Source: Felis catus
Lineage: Eukaryota
Assembly: GCF_018350175.1 (NCBI RefSeq)
Contig: NC_058373.1
Coordinates: 59,644,001-59,708,000, forward strand
Direction: 5' to 3'
DNA: 64,000 nt
How positions within the stretch are numbered: position 1 is the first letter of the stretch; every line of letters begins with the position of its first letter. Below are positions 1 to 11,000 of the stretch, one piece after another. The position numbers and the translations under genes were made by a program. Under the pieces are notes generated by a model. That model searched no databases. It was not told the DNA's origin and worked only from the letters and a program-made list of their open reading frames with translations.

Positions 1-887
1 GGGATGTATGGATGTACCCTTTGGGGGGGGTGGAGTATAATTTAATTTGGCAAATCATCTAGAGTTTTAGCAAAAGTATCAATACTTAATATGCTAGTTT
101 GAATATGGGCTGACCTATAACAAGACAGATCTAGTGAGGCGTATTAAGAAGAAGGAAAACAACTCTTATCTATTTAACCACTTACTCTAAAGTAGGTTAT
201 GCATTAGGCACTTTGCATATGTTATTTCATTTACTCTTCACAAGACCTGAGGTATGGTCCCAATAACATAAACTGAGGTTTAAAAGTAATGTGTCCATAG
301 TAACACAGGCTATAGCCACATAAGACAGGAATTAAATCATGACTCAACTTTTTTCCCCCTATGGCAAATTGCCATAGAAACATCAGGATCAAAAGCAATT
401 TCCAAAAACAGTTGTATATATGCATGAACTATTTATTTGAGACTGGCCAAGATGTGAGCTTTTACAGTGCAGCAACTATGGGTTTGCTGTAATAATGGCC
501 AAACTCTAGAAGCATTATTTTGATTGCAAAAGCAAATACCGAGTTTATAGCTGACCAGTTAAATACTTATAGCACCTTGTCATTTTCCTATTCCAGTCAC
601 TGTGAATATCATAAGGTAGTTTAGGGAACTCATTTATTTAATAATTTTTCTGTAACCTTGACTACTATATTTTACTTTCTATATTTGCCCCTTAAGTCTT
701 ATTTACCATATACTTTACTTCTTATGCCAGTAATTCCCTTAGTTTCACTACTTTTAATCTTTTAAAACCAAAATTAATACAATAGTTGTGTATTTGCCCA
801 GAAACTAGTGTTCTCTCTTCTTAGCACCTAAGAGTAAAGAAAATAAATGTTAATTTTATAAACTATTATTTAAAATAATTAATTTTC

Positions 888-1106
888 GGGGCACCTGGGT
901 GGCGCAGTCGGTTAAGCGTCCGACTTCAGCCAGGTCACGATCTCGCGGTCCGTGAGTTCGAGCCCCACGTCAGGCTCTGGGCTGATGGCTCGGAGCCTGG
1001 AGCCTGTTTCCGATTCTGTGTCTCCCTCTCTCTCTGCCCCTCCCCCGTTCATGCTCTGTCTCTCTCTGTCCCAAAAATAAATAAACGTTGAAAAAAAAAT
1101 TTTTTT
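888..1106 (+). mobile_element. Young felid Can-SINE (SINEC_Fc-type)
   Basis: tRNA-derived head, (CT)n, A tail; 14-nt TSD AATAATTAATTTTC (874-887 / 1107-1120). Confidence 0.95.
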
Positions 1107-1148
1107 AATAATTAATTTTCTTTTAATGAAGAATCTGTCTATACTCAC

Positions 1149-1227
1149 CTTTGCTAATGGGACTATTCCTTTTAATCTGGTTGCTGCAGCTTCATACTCA
1201 GGGGCAAGCCTCTTGCAGTGTCCACAC
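1149..1227 (-). CDS. PDIA3: PDIA3 exon 2
   Basis: Acceptor TATAG, donor GTGAGT; encodes [26 protein letters not shown]. Confidence 0.96.
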
Positions 1228-4200
1228 CTATATAAATATAACAAAAAAACAAAACAAAAACCCAAATTCTTAGTTTAATCCTTCAAGATTGTCAACATTT
1301 CTCTAGGAAAAATCTCAAACTATAATACTACTTTTGAACTAGTAGCTTCCAAAAGCGAAAATATCACCTGAACAACATTCATTACTGATAGAGTAACCAG
1401 AGTTCTCACAAGGTAAAGGTACGATCCCTAACCTGAGTTTGACTCTGTAGGACTGGCTCAGCTCAGAGCAGCCATCTATTTTCTTCTCAATTAAAAGTAT
1501 AACTGAGGGGCACCTGGGTGGCTCAGTCAGTTAAGTATCCGACTCTTTATTCTGGCTTAGGTCATGATCCCAGGGTCATGGGATTGAGCCATACATTGGG
1601 CTCCACACTGAGCACGGAGCCTGCTTGCCTGCTTAACATTCTCTCTCCGTCTGCCCCTCTCCCCTGCTCATGTGTGCTCTCTCTTTAAAAAAAAAAAAAA
1701 AAAAAAGAGAGCCCTGAAAACTACAGTCAGAATTACAACCCACATTAAAGTGGGAAAGAAAGGGCTCAAGCCTTTCAAAGTAATTAATGAAGATAAAATG
1801 ACGGGCAAGACATGAGCAATTCCATCCCTGGTAGTATTTCCCAAAGGAAGGTACATTTTTTTCTCCCTTGGGAAATCAGCACAGTGGTTCTTAAAAATAG
1901 AGTGATTGAAAACTTGTATATAAGGTTTCAAGTATGGTATTAACTCTTTAAGAATCACCATCAAGTACTTTTTCTCCATTCCTTCAACAGGAATCCCTTT
2001 GTCCAGAAACCCAGTTTGAGGGGGTAGCAGAATGAGGCCCAAAAGGCACTCATTTTCTATAAATAGATACTTCAGCAGCTGTTGGGGAGCCTCTTTTTCT
2101 TATCAACCAAGTTTCAACACAGCATTAGAATGACATACTTAAGATGCCAAGTCCCATTTTTACAGCTATACAATTCATCTGACTGTAAGAACTGATGAGG
2201 ATAAAGCACTGTCAGAATATTTTCTCAGAGGGCCATCAGAAACACCTGCTCCTATGCCTGGGAAGTCCTAACAGTCCCTCGGGCACACTGTATATGCAAC
2301 AGGGGGAGAGGGAGACATTTCTCCTCAGGGTGTAGCTAGTACCAACTATAAATCATCTCTTCAAAACCCAGTGGGCTGCACAGGCCCTTTGAGAAGGTAC
2401 AGTAGTTCTGTAACCTCCCCATAGACAGCAAAAACAGAATTAGAAAACAGAAGGAAACGTGGAAAACACTTAACCTGATAGATTTCAGAGCCAATACTCT
2501 AAAAATTTATTTTATTAATTGATGGATAAATAACTTGGAAGCATTTTACCCCTAAAACTTGTTTAAAACATCTGACTTTGGCTCGGGTCATGAGCTCATG
2601 GTTCATGGGTTCAAGCCCTGCATTGGGCTCTGTACTGCCAGTGCTTGGGATTCTCTCTCTCCTTCTCTCGCTCTTAAAAATAAATAAACTTAGAAGAAAA
2701 AAAAGACTGTAATATTAGATGTTGCTTAGTGTCACATATTTACTAAAAGTATGATAAATGATAAACACCAAAGTTAGGATAGGGAGTACATAAGATGGGG
2801 AAGGGATGTACCAGAGGCTTTGACTATACTGGCTTTAATTTTTAGACTGGGTGATGAATAAATGGTATTCCCTATATTTCATGGATGCATATTTTACTGT
2901 ATCTGAAATTGGCATGTGCCCTGCAATCATTGTCATAATTTCAATGGTAGCATTTCCTTCTTTGTGAGACATAAAATAAAGATTCCTCTCACAATCAGTG
3001 GCATCTTAGATGTGTCTGAAATATGGTATTACTCATTACATTTTCTGTATTCCTTTTATTTATTAAAAAAAATTTTTTTAACATTTATTCATTTTTGGAG
3101 AGACAGACAGAGCATGAGCGGGAAAGGGGCAGAGAGAGGGAGACACAGAATCCAAAGCAGGCTCCAGGCTCTGAGCTGTCAGCACAGAGCCAGACGCAGG
3201 GCTCGAACTCACGAACTGTGAAATCATGACCTGAGCTGAAGTCGGATGGTCAACCTACTGAGCCACCTAGGCGCTCCTCTGTATTCCTTTTATATTGCAT
3301 AATTCACGTACCTGGACTGTAATGAAAATATATAAATTCTAACTAATCTAATAAAATAAACAATTTATCTGAGAAATTCAGGCTTTTGGGAACATAGCAA
3401 GAGTTTCAAGATGGGAAAAAAAATTGTTAAAGGGAGCGAGAATTGGATCTGGGCCTTTAAGGATTTAATGCTTCAGCTAGGACCTGTCCTGGGGTATTTT
3501 AGATAAGGGGAATAGTAGAGCAAAGGTAAAACTACTAGGGAAAATGATACATTTAGAGAACTGCAAGGTTTTTTGTTGTTGTTGTTGAGATAATGTGTTA
3601 TTTGTATTAAGAATACATCAGTCAGCAATATATAGAAAGAAAGGGGGAAAGTACAGATAAGAATAAAAGCCACCTAGAAGATAATATATTTCACATGACA
3701 GACACTGAAACTTGGACCAGAGTGACAGCAATGAGAATATAAAAAAGAGAAGAGAGATTTCTGTTGAATATGCAATTATCAAGAAGGCTGAGGCAACAGA
3801 TTTAGGAATAGTTTCACCTCAACCATCTGAAAACATTTGAAGAGAAAAAATAGCATGAAATAATTAGACCAGACCGGTGGGTCTCAACACACAAACTCAC
3901 GAACACAGATGCATATAAAAAATATCCATGGGGGGTACATTAGAAAAATTGTATGCTTGGGCCCCACCCTGGGACTCAACTGAATGATTCCTCCAGCAAT
4001 CTGGGAGGAAACCAGGGGTATGGGGAGGTATGTAAGTGGCAAGGCTGCAACTGAAACCCACTGCCCTTAGTATTGGCTGCATCCATAAGGTCATCAAATG
4101 CCCCCAAGGAAGGACCTGTTTAACGAATTCCAAAGAGACTGGAGGAGACTGCCTTCTTCAAATTCACGAGGAATGGAATTCAGGTGGAGTTTGAAGGTGA

Positions 4201-6911
4201 ACATCAAGATTAACCACTACTTCTTTCACCCAACCCTAGACAGTATTAAAACACAAACAATTCCATCACCTTCAGGGATGGTATCTAGCAGTTAATAATA
4301 AATCCCCACATATATTCACTCAGCAATCATTACTTCATTTGATAAAGGTCTCTGACAGAAAAACTGATGTAGTCCTTTCCCTGTCTGGAAGGGGTGATAT
4401 TAGGTGTATTATTAGGTCCCAAGAGAAAGGCAGGAGCAACCAGTTAGTTGTTCAAGGAAAAAGTAACTTTTGAGCTAAATCTTTTTGAAAAGACCAATTT
4501 GGGGTGGGCAGGTATACCAGGAATTCCAAATAAAGGAATCGGCATGTACAAAAAAATATTCCATTTTATGCTATCCATATGGGCTTTTTCTGTATGTACT
4601 CCAGAAATGCTGTATATCAAATATCATTGAATGCTACCGTCCTAGATGGCAAGGCACAAATCTTGCCATAAGTAGATGTTGAGGACTTAAAACTTAATGC
4701 TGATCAGTAAGTTTTCAGAAATCATCAATAAATTTTCAGATATTATCACATTTAAATAGTGCTATTTATTTCCCCAGAGAAATCTGGATACTCCCATTCT
4801 TACAAACTACAGACAATTAACTCCACAATGGAATTATCAGTCTATAAACTCAACCGCAAAGAAATCTTTCACTTTCACTACAAAATGAAAGTGCAAAAAA
4901 TACCCAAAAACAAAGGAGATGAAAAACTTGCTCAAAATAGGTCAATTTAGTTTCAATAAGGATTCTTTAACTGTTCCTGTCTAACTTGTGAGCTAGCTCT
5001 CTTGATCTGTACACAGGAATACAGCAGTCAGAAAATATTTCCAGCTGAAGTATTAATAAATAAAAAGTTGAATGTGAAGAAATAAGGACATGATCAACAA
5101 GAGACTTCCTTGATTCCAAATTAGTCATTCAGAAAACTGATCCTTCCTGCCAGCATTGTGGAGGATGACCTTACCTTCTAGACCAATTAAAAGCAAACAC
5201 CACAGCAGAGATCCACCCAATTTGGGGGATAGTTTAGTGCATGACAGGATATGCAGTTTTTAGGGAAGCAGATACAACAATTTAAATTAGGAAAGAATAC
5301 CTTCAATCAAAAAAAAAAACAAAAACAAAATCTGCTTTAAACTAATAGTCTCATAGCCCACTATTCTGCAGTAATTCACTCTATGTTGACCCCTGTAGTC
5401 ACAGAAGCACCACCCAGTTCTGATTACAACCCCATCCTGTCACTCTAAGTACAGTTACACCCCTTCAAAGTTAACCGCATGGTTAATTGATTGTGAAGAG
5501 CTGTTTCTAAGGGAGAATGTGACTTCTGGAGATGCATAAAGAGCACATATGATTTGTAATCAGTACTACCAGTTAACCACACGGATGTACTGGACACAAA
5601 ATCTGTTGCCTCTAACACATCTTTCTGATTCAGGTGGTCTTCCTTACAGGACTTTACCCTTAGCAGGTCAGCCGAGTCCTTGCTGAGTGAAGAACCAGTC
5701 AGAAGTTACACACCAACTTTGTTTTACTGACACTTTTGAATACAATTCGTTTTTAACTAACGGTATTGTGGCAGGAGGAGATAAAAAATCAAGTACTGTA
5801 ATTAGTATGGATATATTGAGCCATCCCAAGTTTTAATCATGGCTCTCTGTGGGAAAGATCTGGGAGTTTAAAAACAAACGAAAACATTCCGGTCTACTTG
5901 GCCAGAAATCCTATTTGCTGTCTCTCCCTACCCCCAACTTTTTGAGTTAGTTGTATCCTAAGGAATTTACACCCTTGTTCAGTTATATCACCCTCAAGTG
6001 GACTATTTCTCCCCACAGTGGTTACTTTCTCACTGGAGTCTTTCACGGCATTTTTCAGAAATTCTAATTAAAATTAACACTTCAGACAGATTCTGATGAA
6101 ATGATTCTTTTTACCTATTTTTTTTTTTTTTGGATGGGATTCTGCTGGTGCTGAGATGTGATCAGCTTAATGAAGAAAGTGTGCACCATGCAATGGGACA
6201 AAATAACTGCCTGCCTCAAGAAAGCACTTATGACCATTCTGCAGCCACTGAGTGACCTTGGCTAGAAACCAATGGCTGCGGGGCGTGGGGCAAGAAGAAA
6301 GGAAGTGCTCTGGGGGCCCAGGGCCTCTGCACTTGGTGAAACGTTCGTTTCCAGCATAAGGCCCTGGGATGCCTCATTTGTAGGACGCAGAGCATTAACA
6401 CTGACTCACCCAGAAACTGTAAAGATACCAATCTAAGCGGGGTAGGAGGTGGTTAAACCTTCTGCAAATAGGAAGTGCCGCAAGAGCACGGAGGTAAGGA
6501 TGTGGCCCTGCGTGAATGGGGCCTTCGGGTTTCCTTCCCGGATCTTGCTCCTAGGCGATCAGCACCGACTTCTCTCTCGGCAAGGCAGCGCGGCCCCCCG
6601 GGGTGGGAAATTTGCCGGCTGCAGCGAGGCCTGCTGGAATGGTGGGAGGGCGCCGGCGCTGCGTAGGCCCAACCGTTCCCGCGCCTTCGCCCCCGGCCCA
6701 GCCCGGCTCTCCCTCCCATCCACGCCCCGGCTTAGTGGCCTCACCAAGGGGCGAAGAACTCGACGAGCATGAGGCCCGCAGAACCCGTGTCCGAGATGCG
6801 ACTCTCGAAGTTGTCGTCAGTGAGTTCCAGCACGTCGGAGGCGGCGGCGAGACGGGCCGTGGCGAATAGCAGCGCCACGCCCGGGAACAGGGCTCGGCAG
6901 CGGGGGCGCAT
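1149..6911 (-). CDS. PDIA3: Protein disulfide-isomerase A3 (ERp57), 5' part; exons 6745-6911 and 1149-1227; gene continues beyond the left edge
   Basis: Spliced translation [56 protein letters not shown]|[26 protein letters not shown] has a signal peptide and thioredoxin WCGHC site. GT-AG borders; 167+79 nt = 82 codons. Confidence 0.97.
1507..1706 (+). mobile_element. Can-SINE (older type)
   Basis: GGGGCACCTGGGTGGCTCAG head, CT tract, poly-A. Confidence 0.9.
2561..2703 (+). mobile_element. 5'-truncated Can-SINE
   Basis: CTGACTTTGGCTCGGGTCATGA...CT tract, A-rich tail. Confidence 0.8.
3060..3277 (-). mobile_element. Can-SINE
   Basis: 16-nt TSD TCTGTATTCCTTTTAT. Confidence 0.93.
6745..6911 (-). 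CDS. PDIA3: PDIA3 exon 1 (coding part)
   Basis: ATG at 6911, donor GTGAGG at 6744; signal peptide plus [11 protein letters not shown]. Confidence 0.96.
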
Positions 6912-7069
6912 GGCGACGAGGTGAGGTTGGGGGCGGCCGGGAGGGTCGGGGCTCGGCGGGGACTGCAAAGGCCGGCCGCGACCACGCACCTTCTGCTTGC
7001 GCTCGCGCGTCTGGCCCAGGCGGACCTGCAGCCGGAGGTCCCAACCCCCCAGCCCGGCTCGGGCCGCAG

Positions 7070-7088
7070 TGTGGCAGCCTCCGATTGG
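7070..7088 (-). promoter_or_regulatory. ERSE-like element CCAAT-N9-CCACA
   Basis: Minus strand reads CCAAT CGGAGGCTG CCACA, with an exact 9-nt spacer; consensus is CCAAT-N9-CCACG. Confidence 0.65.
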
Positions 7089-7910
7089 CTGCGTGGCGCC
7101 TGCGTCGGGCGGGCGGGACCAGCTGGTAACCGCCGAGTGGCCGGAGCGCGGGGCGGGGCTGAGGCGGCGGGTTCCCCGGCTGACCGGGCTGGCCGGGGGC
7201 CTGGGCTGGGGGCCGGGGTCCGGGGGCTGGGCCTGGGCCTGGGCCTGCGGCGAGCCAGACCTTAGGGAGCAAGTGGGGGTAGAGTGGGACGGGGCAGGGC
7301 CGAGCTGGAAATGGGGCGCTGCAGGGCTGGGAACGGACCCTGAGCTCGTCTTGCGTGGGGAGAGCCGAGTTCAGAGGGCGCGGGAGGCGGAGACGTGAAG
7401 TCAGGGCTGAGTGGGCGGAAAAGAGCCTGGGCTGAGGTGAGGCCCAGAAGCGGGTATTGACAGATGGAGCTGGCATCCGAGGAACACACTTGGGACGGAA
7501 CACATTTTCGTAATGTCAGGCTGCTGCAACTTGTCCAATTCCTCTTGGTTTGTCTTTCGGAGGCAGCCCTGAGTCCCTCACTGCCTCACCACATTGCATT
7601 GCCTGATTACCTCAGGTCCCGGTGGTGCTCCGATTTCCTCTTTGTCCAGCCCTGGGACTCCTTCCCTGTGGCTGCTACTCTTAATGAGAAACGATGTGAC
7701 ACAAGTAAAGGTGCCTGGCCACTTGGTCTACCGTGCAATGTCTCTATTAGGACTCTCAGCTCCTTTTGTTTAAAAAAAACCTTGAGTCTTAGTACAATGT
7801 GTTTGACTTCTTAAGGGCAAAGAAGGTGGGAGAAGGGGAAGGAAACTTCTAATCTTTGCTGCAACTCCAATAATGAAATGACTCTTGGTTTTTCCTTTAT
7901 TTTAACAGAC

Positions 7911-8055
7911 ATGGCCACCAGTCACCCAGCAGGACACGTGCAACTGCCCCGAGCTGATGCCATACGTTCACGTCTCATTGATACTTTCTCTCTCATTGAG
8001 CATCTGCAAGGCTTGAGCCAAGCTGTGCCACGACACACTATCCGAGAGATACTTG
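7911..8055 (+). CDS. CATSPER2: CATSPER2 first coding exon
   Basis: Acceptor TTAACAG at 7908, ATG at 7911, MATSHPAGHVQLPRADAIRSR, donor GTCAGC. Confidence 0.93.
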
Positions 8056-11000
8056 GTCAGCATTTGTTTCTTAACTAGCATAAATTTAAAACTCCCCTTC
8101 ACACCCTCAAAAGAGTAGGAAGCAGAAAGACAATTTTAAGGACGAAAAATTCAGGGATGATTGGTGTGGTTGCTAGTTTGTAAATGATACCAAACTTGAT
8201 AAATTAAGGGCTTTATAAGTAAAGCTCTTTGAACCCAGGAGATAGGACCCATGTTGCTCACTTTTAGGCCTAGGATAACTATTAGCTCTGGCTGATTTGG
8301 AAGTTTCTACCAAAGACCCTGAAAACTTTGACGGTTGAATCTGTGCCTTTTCTCTTGGGCATTGACAGTGTTGGTCATAAGCAATGTATTAGCTCTTACT
8401 TCAAACTAATGTCAGTTGCTGTAAGAACAGCAAGGCAATCCCCTGCATTACAGGACCCGTTATGTAACCAGTATTCCTGCCCCGGTCCTACCTGCTCTCC
8501 ATATCACTGAGAGACTTCTCTTTATGTTTATCCACTGTGCCCTTTATTTTCTGGTATAGATCCTTCCGGTCAGAAGAAGCTTATGTTGGGAGATCAACAC
8601 CAGCTTGTGCGCTTCTCCATAAAGCCTCGACATGTAGAACGTATTACACGTGGCCGGAGACTGATGAGCAGGCTTCATGTGCGCTACAGTCAGAGGCCAC
8701 CTCTTTCCTTGTGGGCTGGATGGGTCCTTGAGTGTATCCTTTCATGCCCCTCACTTTTATCCCATGCCTTTACTGTCTCTCTTGCCTCGTCATCTGCCCG
8801 ATGACTGACTTTCCCTTTTCCAAACTCCATTTTCTTCTCATCCTCACTGGTTCTATTCTTACCCTTATTATTTCACCTGTATAAAAAAGAATTCCACTCT
8901 GGATGTTTCCTTAAGAGAAAACAGGCCCTCTCTTCACAAACTTCATCATCTTTCTCATCTTTTTGAATACAATCGTACTGATGGTTGAAATAGGTGAGAA
9001 CTGACATTAAATGAAAGAGGAAGTGGCTATGAGTCATTTTTCCTATAAATTGATCATTTTTCATTTCTCAATGTTACTTGAATTGTGATAAGGACACCTA
9101 TATTGAGTCTCCTGGAGTATGATTTGTGCAACTGTTAAGACCTGGAAACATTTGGAGGGCTTTCAAAGAGTATGGTAGATACAAAGCAAGCTATACACTG
9201 AAGAATATAATAGAGTTACACGAAACCGAAGATGGGAAGACCAGTTATATTTCTTGTGTCAGTTTAGTTTAATATTTGTTTGAATTAGCCTTTTGTATTA
9301 GAGGTATTGGTTGGTGCCTGTCAGTAACTGATATCACATTTACATTTTTTACAAGTATGTCAAATATTAAGTACAAATAAGAAAGCTCACAAAGTGTGTA
9401 AAGTTAGACACAACTAAAATATTGGATGAGACAAAACATGACTTAAGAGTAAATGACTCTAAAATCAGTCCTAAATTATATGAAATGTATTAGAAGTAAA
9501 AGAACATCTGGAAAATCAGCTCATTTGATTATCACCTCAAACAGATTGCTCAGAAATGAAAAGGACAGTACTTACTTCCTTGCTTCATCCTCACTGTTTT
9601 GAGGAACTTTCCCATTTAAAAATCCTTTAATGTAGGGGCACCTGGGTGGCTCAGTCAGTTGAGCATCCGACTTCAGCTCAGGTCATGATCTTGAGATTAG
9701 TGAGTTTGAGCCCTACATCAGGCTCTATGCTGACAGCTCAGAGCCTGGAGCCTGCTTCTGATTCTGTCTCCTCCTCTCTGTGCTCCTCTGCTGCTCATGC
9801 TTTGTGTCTCTTGCTCTCTCAAAAAAAAAAAAAAAAAAATATTTAAAAAAAATTTTTAAGTATTTTAATGCAACCAGCTCAAAGATACTTAAATATACAA
9901 TACTTGATGTCATTGATCCACTACAGTATACTATATACTTTGAAGTATTTTATTTTCTCCCCATTGTGGTAAGGATTTTGAACTAAGTCACCCACATTTC
10001 CAATTTCTTTTACGATAACTGGCATGTATTTGCCTTGAGGGGTTAGGGATGTAGTCTTAAGCCTTGGAATAAAGTAAACAGCAATAAATGTACGGGATTT
10101 CCTAGATCTAATGGACAAATCAAAATAGAATACCCCTCTAGTTGGTAAAACAGCTGGATATGAAACATGATCACTGTGCCATAGGATAGTAGGTTGCCTG
10201 AGTGGGAATTATCTGACAAGTTCAGGAAAATTGTATTAAGTACGTTCTCATGGTAGAAAAGCAGGAGGGATTTTGCAAAGGGAAAGAATTTGTGACTAAC
10301 AGATTTCTTTAAACAGGCTAATTCATATGATAAACGTTAAGACTGTTTAGGCTTTAAAAAATTTTTTTCCAGATCACAGAGAATGTTGTTACAGATGGGG
10401 GAAAAATCATAATTAGCAAGCAGTTCTCTAGATGAAAGCTCCCCAATCTTTTTTGTCTTGTGATTTTGTCTCCCAGTTAGCTCTAAACTTGAAAATCTCC
10501 CTAGGACTTTTAATCATTCCATTATTTGTATGTGATGTAAAATTTTTTTTTAATATTTATTTCTTATTTTTGAAATCATGAGTGAGGGAGGGGCAGAGAG
10601 AGAGGGAGACACAGAATCTGAAACAGGCTCCAGGCTCCAAGCTGTCAGCACAGAGCCTGACCCAGGGCTCAAACTCAAGAACCGTGAGCAAACTCACAAA
10701 CCGTGAGATGACCTGAGCTGAAGTCAGACGCCTAACCGACTGAGCCACCCAGGCGCCCCTCAACTTGCTTCTTTTTATCACATGCAAATTGGGGCACCTG
10801 GGTGGCTCAGTCGGTTGGTTAAGCATCTGACTTCAGCTCAGGTCATTGTCTCATTTGGCTCTGTGCTGACTGCTTGGGGCCTGGAGCCTGTTTTGGATTC
10901 TGTGTCTGCCACTCTCCAGCTCATGTGCGTAAGCTCTCAAAAGTAAAAACTTAAAAAAAAAAAAGGAAGTTGAAGTAAAAATAATGCTTTAGAGTAGCAT

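Larger units (their letters stand above)
6450..7450. promoter_or_regulatory. CpG island / bidirectional promoter shared by PDIA3 (-) and CATSPER2 (+)
   Basis: Dense CpG, GC boxes (GGGCGG at about 7107-7157), CCAAT box 7084-7088, divergent gene starts. Confidence 0.85.

Noticed and set aside
912-1265. 117-aa ORF containing CGHC
   Set aside because: It is PDIA3 exon 2 read through intron and SINE sequence, not a separate thioredoxin gene.
6912-6989. Apparent 26-aa N-terminal extension of PDIA3 in the ORF track
   Set aside because: It starts at a TTG, not an ATG; the signal peptide begins at the ATG at 6911.
6817-7503. 228-aa minus-strand ORF and other overlapping ORFs in the PDIA3 CpG island
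   Set aside because: Pro/Ala/Arg-rich stop-poor frames are expected in high-GC islands; no recognisable domain, and it overlaps the real PDIA3 exon in another frame.
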